From Balanoglossus misakiensis (lineage: Eukaryota; Animalia; Hemichordata), in NCBI GenBank assembly GCA_040954595.2, contig CM082597.2, positions 2,352,349 through 2,416,348 of the forward strand: DNA of 64,000 bases, in the 5' to 3' direction. Below the pieces are notes generated by a model. It was not told the origin of the DNA. It did not search any database and was given only the letters and a program-made list of their open reading frames with translations. This document shows, one piece after another, positions 20,001-30,150 of this stretch. The number at the start of each line of letters is the position of its first letter. The stretch's first letter is position 1. Made by a program: the position numbers and the translations under genes.

Positions 20001-23000
20001 GCCGAAATTCAGTTTTGTCTGGATTGATCCAGAACCATTTGCAATGGTAAGGAAAGATATTTGCTGTGAGGGATGGAATATATCAGAAAGATGAAATTGG
20101 AATTGTCTGTTTAGTGATTTTTGCTCTCTTAATTAGGCATCGTCTGATTGACACTGAATTCTTTCCAGATGCATGATTACTGGGAAAATTTGTATGCCAT
20201 TGACGTTGACCAACCAAACATCGGATATGTGAAAATCAAAGAGGTAAGAATTGAATTACTGTTGTCTATGTGATTTGGAACTTATGAAAACGTTGATGCG
20301 ATTTATATCTGATAAGATTAATGTACATGTTATTTAAACTTGATCAATTCATCAGATAAGTTTTTCTTTTTTTGAAAAACAGAATGAAAGCTCATGGTAC
20401 CCCATGCCAAGTGATTCTGTACCACTTGCAAAAGAATTACAGAAGTGGTTAGAGAAGATTATTGCTCGTTCTGTCTTCATTGACACTGACGGCGATGGTA
20501 TCCCAGATCATTTAGATGATGATATCGATGGAGATGGTATCCCAAATGAAACGGATATTGACAGTGATGGCGATGGTATGTCAGACTATCTAGAAAAAGA
20601 CATTGATGAAGACGATGGAGATCTCGATGGAATTCCAGATTACTTGGAAAAAGACAGTGATGGAGATGGCATACCAGATTACTTAGAAGATTCTGATGGT
20701 GATGGCATTCCTGATTATATGGAAATTGATACAGATGGAGATGGGATTCCCGATTACCTAGATGATGATATTGATGGAGATGGGATTCCAAATGATGAAG
20801 ATGATGTTATCGATGGAGATGGAATACCGAATGATGAAGATGAGGATGCAGATGGGAATGGTATTCCCGATTACCTGGAAAGGGACACGGATGGAGATGG
20901 CATTCCAGATTATTTGGACGATGATATTGATGGAGATGGGATTCCAAATGATGAAGATGATGATATCGATGGAGACGGGATTCCAAATGATGAAGATGAT
21001 GATGATGATGGCGATGGCATTCCTGATGACTTAGAGAAAGACACAGATGGAGATGGCATTCCTGATTATTTGGACGATGACATTGATGGAGATGGGATTC
21101 CAAATGATGAAGATGATGATGATGGTGGAGATGGCATTCCTGATGACTTAGAGAAAGATACGGATGGAGATGGCATTCCCGACTATTTGGACCAGGATGA
21201 TGATGGAGATGGTATCCCTGATCACTTGGAAGTAGACAGTGATGGTGATGGCATTCCAGATTACCTTGAAGACGCCAATGGAAATGGCATTCCTGATTAT
21301 ATGGAAAAGGATACAGATGGAGATGGGATTCCCGATTATTTAGATGATGATATTGATGGAGATGGGATTCCAAATGATGAGGATGATGATATTGATGGAG
21401 ATGGAATCCCAAATGATGAAGATGAGGATGCAGATGGGAACGGTATTCCCGATTACCTGGAAAGGGACACGGATGGAGATGGCATTCCAGATTATTTGGA
21501 CGATGATATTGATGGAGATGGGATTCCAAATGATGAAGATGATGATATCGATGGAGACGGGATTCCAAATGATGAAGATGATGATGATGATGGCGATGGC
21601 ATTCCTGATGACTTAGAGAAAGACACAGATGGAGATGGCATTCCTGACTATTTGGACGATGATATCGATGGAGATGGGATTCCAAATGATGAAGATGACG
21701 ATGATGATGGCGATGGCATTCCTGATGACTTAGAGAAAGACACAGATGGAGATGGCATTCCAGATTATTTAGATGATGATATTGATGGAGACGGGATTCC
21801 AAATGATGAGGATGATGATATTGACGGAGATGGTATCCCAAATGATGAAGATAATGATGATGATGGCGATGGCATTCCTGATGACTTAGAGAAAGACACA
21901 GATGGAGATGGCATTCCTGACTATTTGGACGATGATATCGATGGAGATGGGATTCCAAATGATGAAGATGATGATATTGATGGTGATGGTATTCCAAATG
22001 ATGAAGATGATGATGATGATGGAGATGGCATTCCTGATTACTTAGAGAAAGACACAGATGGAGATGGCATTCCCGACTATTTGGACGATGATATCGATGG
22101 AGATGGGATTCCAAATGATGAAGATGATGATGATGATGGAGATGGCATTCCTGATGACTTAGAGAAAGACACAGATGGAGATGGCATTCCCGACTATTTG
22201 GACGATGATATTGATGGAGATGGGATTCCAAATGATGAAGATGATGATGATGATGGAGATGGCATTCCTGATGACTTAGAGAAAGACACAGATGGAGATG
22301 GCATTCCAGATTATTTGGACGATGATATTGATGGAGACGGGATTCCAAATGATGAAGATGATGATATCGATGGCGATGGGATTCCAAATGATGAAGATGA
22401 TGATGATGATGGAGATGGCATTCCTGATTACTTAGAGAAAGACACAGATGGAGATGGCATTCCCGACTATTTGGACGATGATATTGATGGAGATGGGATT
22501 CCAAATGATGAAGATGATGATATTGATGGTGATGGTATTCCAAATGATGAAGATGATGATGATGATGGCGATGGCATTCCTGATTACGTAGAGAAAGACA
22601 CGGATGGAGATGGCATTCCCGACTATTTGGACGATGATATTGATGGAGATGGGATTCCAAATGATGAAGATGATGATATTGATGGTGATGGTATTCCAAA
22701 TGATGAAGATGATGATGATGATGGCGATGGCATTCCTGATGACTTAGAGAAAGACACAGATGGAGATGGCATTCCAGATTATTTGGACGATGATATTGAT
22801 GGAGATGGGATTCCAAATGATGAAGATGATGATGATGATGGAGATGGGATTCCTGATCACTTGGAAGTAGACAGTGATGGTGATGGCATTCCAGATTACC
22901 TTGAAGATGCCAATGGAAATGGCATTCCTGATTATATGGAAAAGGATACAGATGGAGATGGGATTCCCGATTATTTGGATGATGATATCGATGGAGATGG

Positions 23001-23571
23001 GATTCCAAATGATGAGGATGATGATATCGATGGAGATGGAATCCCGAATGATGAAGATGAGGATGCAGATGGGAATGGTATTCCCGATTACCTGGAAAGG
23101 GACACAGATGGAGATGGCATTCCCGATTACCTAGATGATGATATCGATGGAGATGGGATTCCAAATGATGAAGATGATGATATTGATGGCGATGGAATAC
23201 CGAATAATGAAGATGAGGATGCAGATGGGAACGGCATTCCCGACTACCTGGAAAGGGACACGGATGGAGATGGCATTCCAGATTATTTAGATGATGATAT
23301 TGATGGAGATGGGATTCCAAATGATGAGGATGATGATATTGATGGAGATGGTATTCCCAATGATGAAGATGATGATGATGATGGAGATGGCATTCCTGAT
23401 GACTTAGAGAAAGACACAGATGGAGATGGCATTCCAGATTATTTAGATGATGATATTGATGGAGATGGTATTCCAAATGATGAAGATGATGATATCGATG
23501 GTGATGGTATTCCAAATGATGATGATGATGATGATGCCTATGGTTTTGATAAAAGTCATGATGAACTTTAA
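8034..23571 (+). CDS. CASQ: Calsequestrin-family protein (~1,395 aa) with a giant acidic repeat tail and C-terminal HDEL
   Basis: Exons 8034-8258, 16931-17015, 17453-17553, 17743-17848, 17975-18048, 18317-18400, 18539-18631, 19891-20046, 20169-20243 and 20383-23571 join in frame at GT-AG sites. A signal peptide is followed by [50 protein letters not shown] and ELQKWLE. These correspond to vertebrate CASQ motifs (FPxYDGxDRV, FEEAAEHFQP, WIDPDDFP, YWEKTFxID, ELEDWIE), with mostly shared intron positions. Confidence 0.93.
13356..13687. mobile_element. TTAA-flanked non-autonomous DNA transposon (Kolobok-like MITE)
   Basis: Left end TTAA|AGCTCCAAAAGCTGCCATTTT. The reverse complement of the right end is TTAA|AGCCCCCATAGCTGCCACTTTT. 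Imperfect terminal inverted repeats, TTAA duplication, AG..CT termini. Confidence 0.65.
15971..16581. mobile_element. TTAA-flanked non-autonomous DNA transposon (Kolobok-like MITE)
   Basis: Left end TTAA|AGCCCCAGTATTTCTCGT. The reverse complement of the right end is TTAA|AGCCACAGTATTTCTCGT, giving one mismatch in 18 bp. Confidence 0.75.
20476..23535 (+). repeat. Coding tandem repeat of DxDGDGIP(D/N) units (~11-14 aa, roughly 80 copies) with higher-order blocks
   Basis: Read from ORF 20404..23571. The block [31 protein letters not shown] recurs near 21220 and 22855. Confidence 0.95.
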
Positions 23572-26500
23572 TCACAGTCATTTATTTCTTGAAAAGTCTT
23601 GCATGTTTGTGCTAATTAAAACAATGTGTTTTGAAGGAAGGCGTCATTTTTTCTCATGTCAAATCTCTTACAGGAAGTAAGGTGGTAAATTGTGTATATT
23701 GTCCATATTTTTTTTATCATACGAAGTGTTTATTCTTCTTAAGGGCACGTTTACATGTAGATTATGATGATATTGTTCATTGCACTGAACACTCATGTTA
23801 GGTGTTCATATATAGCCATGTCTGTTATCATAACCGTTGTCTGACTTTCCTTTGTTGTGCCCCATCTATATATGGCAAATACTTACATATTTTTCCGTTT
23901 TCCTTCTATTGTGTGTGCACATTCTTCTTGTTTGCTATCGCAATGTGTTCTTAAGGGGAGTTAGATTCTTTGGAGTAATGGCATGTGTACACGGCCACCT
24001 TAACGAGCTCCAGACATAGGATTGACTAACGTTGAATTAACCACATTTTTATTAACAGGTATACATAACATGACTTGTGTGTTTGTGTAATGCCCCAAGT
24101 GAGAATTATATCGCCTTGTATGTCCATGGCACTAGTACATGTAGTTGGGATTACAATATTTTTAGCATGTCACTACAAATGCAGATTGATTTATGGGGTT
24201 TTCAAGTCATACTCCAACATAACACAAGTCCCAACTTGTGGCCAGATTTTCTCAAACTAAACTGAGTTGGTTTTACTAACAAATCATAGAATGCTATTAC
24301 TGGTACTGTGTGTTGCAAGTGTTCTGTGATGTTCTAAGTTTGTGGTTTTCTACTTTTAATTTACACTGTTGGAAAAATATGCAAAACATGTATTTACAAA
24401 TTGAAAAACAATGTTAAAGGAATATATTTGGTAGGGTATTTAACATAAAACTAAAACAACCCCATTAATTTTCAGAGAAAACAACTTTAAAATTGTGCTA
24501 CATTACTAACATTCATTAACATTTTCTGAAATATAGTACTCTTGTCACTAAATAACAAACCCAACAAGAAGCTATATTTTGCTTATTTTGAAGAGAATAT
24601 AAAATAGTTTTTAATAATAACAAAACTTCTTGGAGAGTTAAATTTTGTAAAACTTTTTAATCTTTACCTACCAAGATGATAAATGCTTTGCAATTATAGT
24701 TCCTCCTCAGCCTTGACAATTTATGACATAGACGCCATGTAAATCACATAATTTCACATCTGGTGATCACCCATTATTTAAGTACAATATTTATTCAATG
24801 TTTTTACCCAGTTTATAATGATTATTCATTGCAGTATTTCAAAATCCTGTACCCTACTTTCTTACTTTGACTATAATTTTAATAATCATGATAATGGTTT
24901 TTCAATGTTACAATTTTCATTCCTCGTTTAATATTCATTATATGCATACATTCTGCTCATGTCAACCAATATCAAATTCTTATAAAAAATTAAGAAGAAA
25001 TTTTGTGACAGGCACTTATGTGTACATATTTCAGCACAGGTCTGTATCCCCAAGCCATACCACTTCTGTACATGTAAACAGAAGAATCATTTTTGCACAA
25101 ACACAAAGACTACAGAACACCTTGTATTTGCCAGATGACTTTTATTCTAGTACATGTTTAAGACTAAGTTAATGAGTAAATGTTAAGTAAATGCAGACTC
25201 ATCGAAATGGTATACTAATGCAGCATATGAGTAATTTTATGTCAATGTGAAGCAGTGAAAGTACTAGTAAACTAGTAGAGTACAGTCTTATAACTTCATA
25301 ATGTAAACCTTGATTGAATGTATTCGATAAGCAATCTCCAGACAACTTTGGAAAAAAAGGATGATTTTTTGTAACTCATATGTCACTGTAGAAAATCATG
25401 GTATTTAATAACTATATATACTTCATTTCATTGACACAATTTACTCAAGAAAACACAGACAGAATTTTAAGTGTATACACCACTGACAGTTGTGACAGTT
25501 GTATAACTCAGCTGTCTAAGAATTGTTGCCGTATAAAAACTGCGCCCTCAAACGGTCGTTAGAAGACCAGAAGATGCAGGTAAGCCCTTTTTCAATACAT
25601 GTACATGTCTGAGGGAATGTACAAATTTGAGGTGATTGTATTCCTTTAAGTCATCTGCACCCATTCATTTTGAAGCACTTGCCACAGTCAAACTGTGTTT
25701 TCTTGTGAAATAGTGTCCGTAGATCATAACGGTCGGTGAAGCGAAGGTGGTAAGACTTCAAATTATGAGGATGACAATTTGATTTGTTCAAATTGAAGTA
25801 TTTCCTTATTTTGGGGACTTGCCTATGTTCTGGGGCAGTGGATTACCAGTGAGACACTTTTTGCAATGTAGAAAAATGCTTTTCAAATGAGAATTTAATG
25901 TCGTTCAAATAAAAATGTTACATTTTGTGTTTTGTAGCTCTACAATGTTTTAAAGTGAAAAGGTAAGTCCCTGGCCGCTTTGGTATTTGGCCATGTGCGC
26001 CCCCAATCGTTCAACCAATAAAAAGAAGTTTGCCCTAATCAAAAAGGGCAGATTGTTGCGCGCCATGGCCATGAAGATAACTGTAAATGTTATACAAAAC
26101 AAACCCAATTGTTTGTAGTATCATTTACAGTTAATCATTTGGATGTGACCAGATTTGAATACCTTCAGTCAACATGAAATCAGGTCACCCCATTCATGAG
26201 TTGACATATAGACCTAATAAGGCATTATGGGTCAGTAACTGCAACAGCGGAATGAGTGACAATTAGAGCATTGCGTTGACCTAGAAGTCAGCGTGTTTTC
26301 AGTGAACTTTTCGGAAGAAAATGCGCCTGGGGACAGATTTTCAGAAAACGAGCGAAGTTTGATTTTCGAGGTGCATTCTATGTTAACTATCCTTTCTAAC
26401 CTGTCCCATAGTGGACTATAACCGAAGACTATAGATGGAGGTCGCGACCGAGAGAGTGAGACACATAGGCCAACGTATCTGCCGTTCCACTCCTGATGTG

Positions 26501-26742
26501 GTTGACCTACTTCCACGACTGTCCCATCTCTCCAATGAGCCTTGACACGGCAAAATGACCAAGAGAGATACGTGCAGGGATACGTGTATAGGAATGTTAA
26601 CTTTCTTGAACCTAAGGTCCCTGAGATATGTGTGTCTTTTTGTGTCATCTTCGCCTGCCAAGGTCTCTGCTCACTGAGAATTGGAGACTATAGTCGAGCT
26701 AACGACCCGTGCTAGCGAACGATGCTTTTTTGTGTGCGCGCA

Positions 26743-26828
26743 ATCGCTAAAGGTATAGCTGGTTTGCAACCTGTATAGCTGGTTTGCAACCTGTATAGCT
26801 GGTTTGCAACCTGCTATACCTTAGCGAT
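26743..26828. repeat. Palindromic element with an internal 3 x 20-bp tandem repeat
   Basis: Arms ATCGCTAAAGGTATAGC and GCTATACCTTAGCGAT enclose (GTATAGCTGGTTTGCAACCT)x3. Confidence 0.8.
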
Positions 26829-27157
26829 AACTCACCAACTTTTTGGTAACCCCACCATGCACCCCCTCCCTGTGTCAAAAACCTGCAAAAATTCACGTAA
26901 TTTCTACTCAAAACTGAGAAATTACTGTTACACAATACAATCGCACAAATAGAGAGGGTTAAATACTCTGGCAAGTATTGGCTTTGTCTTTAGACAAATT
27001 TACGATTATTTCAATTACAAAGTTCTCATAAATACAATACAGACGATCTTTCATACTATTCCAGAACCAAGAAGTTGTTTTAGTGCGTATACCATGTCAG
27101 TCTCATGTCGATTGTGAGGTTCTTTTCTCGTCAATATCCTCTCTGACGATTCGAGTT

Positions 27158-28114
27158 TCACTTCTGACCATCGACAGCCAGCATTCTGATGTGATTCCCG
27201 CAGTGCTCGGTGAACGCGATCTTCAGCGGCGCGTCCCTGCTCACGGCAATGGCGTACGGGTTCTCGTACTTGTACGGCTTCAGACTGACCTCGGACAGGA
27301 ACTTTCCGTTACTGTCGTATTTCACCACGCAGATTCTGTTCGGATCGCAGACGTAGACGTTGTCGGCGGCATCGATGTGTATGCCCGTCGGTCCGTGGAT
27401 CTTGACAGCGTCCTGCTCTCGATTGCCGAAGTCAAACACAAACTTGCCGTCCATCTCGAAGACTCGGATTCGATGATTGCCTTGATCTGACACGAATACA
27501 CGATTCTTGCTGTTTACCGCCAGGAACAGAGGCCAGTCCAGACTTGGTTTGTTGGACTTCGGGACCGCGATTTCTCCGACCAGTTCCCCGTTCTTGGTGT
27601 ATTTTTTCACGCAGCATCTCTCGTTCCACCAGTCGGTCGTGAGAATGTGACCGTCCTTCGACAGAGCAATTCCACGTGGCCGTGAGGGTACGTCGCCCCC
27701 AAACGCCGTGATGACCCCCTTCTTCAGGCTACACACAACAATCTGTTCGTTGGCCTGGTCGGTGACGTAGAATATACCGTCGTCTGAAACGGCGACGTCC
27801 ATCGGGCAGCAGGGCTTCGCGAACTGCTTGCGACCTAGTTTGATGGCCTTCTCGGCTTTCCCGTCCCAGTTCAGAATCTGCAGACGACTATGCTCGGAAT
27901 CTGCGACGACCAGTCTCCCGTCAGGGCAGACATCCATACCGAGTGGTGTTTTGAAGCGTCCGAGGTCCGGTTCGTCAAAGTCGAAGTCCACATCGATGCC
28001 GTCCAACTTTATATCTGGAAACGACGGCTTCCGATCAAACTGGTCTTTGATGTCGTCTGCCACTTCAGAAAGTTGCTGGTCCACTTTCTTGAAGAGCTTT
28101 TCCATTTTCTTCAT
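27158..28114 (-). CDS. NHL-repeat beta-propeller protein (~318 aa) with a short N-terminal helical segment, no RING
   Basis: Intronless ORF from the ATG at 28114 (MKKMEKLF). NHL repeats include FKTPLGMDVCPDGRLVVAD, PRGIALSKDGHILTTD, PLFLAVNSKNRVFVSDQGNHRIRVF and PTGIHIDAADNVYVCD. An upstream exon cannot be excluded. Confidence 0.85.
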   Translation of the reverse strand: MKKMEKLFKKVDQQLSEVADDIKDQFDRKPSFPDIKLDGIDVDFDFDEPDLGRFKTPLGMDVCPDGRLVVADSEHSRLQILNWDGKAEKAIKLGRKQFAKPCCPMDVAVSDDGIFYVTDQANEQIVVCSLKKGVITAFGGDVPSRPRGIALSKDGHILTTDWWNERCCVKKYTKNGELVGEIAVPKSNKPSLDWPLFLAVNSKNRVFVSDQGNHRIRVFEMDGKFVFDFGNREQDAVKIHGPTGIHIDAADNVYVCDPNRICVVKYDSNGKFLSEVSLKPYKYENPYAIAVSRDAPLKIAFTEHCGNHIRMLAVDGQK

Positions 28115-30150
28115 CTTTGTACGCGTTTGGTAGATTATTCGCAGATGGCTGTAAGTATTCTGGCAGCTATCACCACCCGCAGGAAGATTCAGCAAATATT
28201 TCAGGCCAATATCAGTAAACAGAAAAATCGCTGTCACTCTTGGCCAATTTTAGCTATCTTGCAAGGAATTCACAACCGTCCAGTGTCAAAAAGGTCTTCT
28301 GAATGTTTGGAGTGTGATCGTAACTTCTGAAATGTCTGGAGTGCGATCATAACTTATACAAGAAAAGGCAGTGGCGTCAGTCTTCTATATACGTTCTGTG
28401 ACGCTTTTGTGGTGTGACGCTCAGCACGTACAGCAGCCAGGGGAAGTTTGTGTCGTCGCTTCAGTGAGTGCGTCTCACCCCCGGTTTCTCCCGAAATCTT
28501 ATATTTGCAACAATGGTCTTTCCTGCCCCAAGTCACCTGCTGTTTAGATCACCGGTCAGCTGACTGAAGATGTTGTTTTTCTCAACCCAACAATTGTCAA
28601 GGCATTTATGGCCTGTGTGTAGGGGGATAGGTTGAGGCTGGTGCGTGGGTGTGTCCTTTGGTCGACCAATACAAACATTCTTGTCCTGATTGGGCCACAT
28701 TTCGCGCCTGTTGGCCTTGGATATGGACCGTGGAGTTTGACCATTTTGCGTTGAAATAGGTCACACTTGGCTAATCAAGGCCAAGTCACAGTATTCTACT
28801 TCACTGTAGTTGAATGACCGTGGTCAAACGTACGCACAATACAATATGAGGGATTCCCACTTGAAAAGACCAATAGGCTTTCATTGAGAACAATCTCGCT
28901 CTCAGCCCAGGACAGCCTTCACTGACGATGTATGCGTCATTATTTTGGCATGGATTCAAGTTAGACAGACTTCCGTATTTTATGTGAGTGGGGTTCTCAC
29001 TGACAAAGGCACTATTCCACGGATGCTTCGCTCGTCAAGTTGCGTGATTTTATGTCATCTTTATGTCAACATGTTATGGCAGCCCCATGATGTCATCAAG
29101 CACGTGGCTGAGGTCAGGGTCGTCAGAATTCGATATCGTTGTTCATTTTAGCGTGACCCTGATTGAAGATATACATTCATGTAATGATTTGCATGTATGA
29201 TTATCACCAAACTCGGATCACGGAAAGAACACCCTTGGAGGCGAAAAAATCAATCAATACTGGAAAGTCGCATGTCTGTATATATTCAAGGATAAACACA
29301 GAAACATCTGACATATTTGTCACCATTTACGACGTTGCGTTACTACGTGTGTGGGTGTTTATATTATTATATAGCCGTAATAAAATAACATTGGCACACA
29401 ACTGATAACGAAGTACGTGTAACAATTTTAATTTCCCCATTTCATGTTCGCATGGGAGTGAATATATCATTGGTTAGATATTTTCGTCTCCCGTAATACA
29501 GGTCAAGCATTGTATGTAACTAGAATAGGTGAAGAGTTTACCTGAAATGTGTAATTTCTAAAAATACCACTATAAGTTACAAAGAGTTTTATAGTTGGTC
29601 ATTTAGACTTCCTTGTGTGCTGCAAGGTTTTCAAAAGTAATGAAATCTGATATGATGTTAGGTCGCGTTTTCCTTTCAGCGAAACTGACGCAGTTAAAAA
29701 CAAACAACAACAAAACAATGAATTCTGCACGTAGCAAAGGTCGCGTCAGGGTCACTGGTGTACTTGGAATGTAAGAGACCATGGCCAAGAATGGTATTTT
29801 TCTTGGTGTCACCCGGGGGTGACAAGGTCGATTACATTTCTGAAGAGGAAGGTTGGACACAGGTAGGGATTGTGAAATATATAGGTGATGCAATATCACT
29901 TGACAAGTTTACTGTGGGTCCCTTCTGTTTGTCAAAATAAGAAATTGGGGTAAGTGTTTATCATTCTAAATGTCTGGAATGAATAAACAAGGTTTCCATA
30001 ATTTTAGCACATGCTTTTTTAATGGTTACATTTTTGGTCCGTACCAAGACTTGTTTGCACAACCGACGAATATCTCGCCAGAAGTGAGTGTCTGTCAGGT
30101 TGGTGTAACGTTTCCCGCATAAACTGCACACAGGTTTTTTGCAGTTTCGT

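Noticed and set aside
20807-23581. 924-aa His-rich ORF on the minus strand and Met-rich ORFs in other frames
   Set aside because: These are shadows of the GAT-rich calsequestrin repeat. The + frame is the one spliced to conserved exons and ending in HDEL.
28115-28237. N-terminal extension of the NHL ORF from a GTG start
   Set aside because: A non-ATG start is unlikely in an animal gene, and the ATG at 28114 is preferred.
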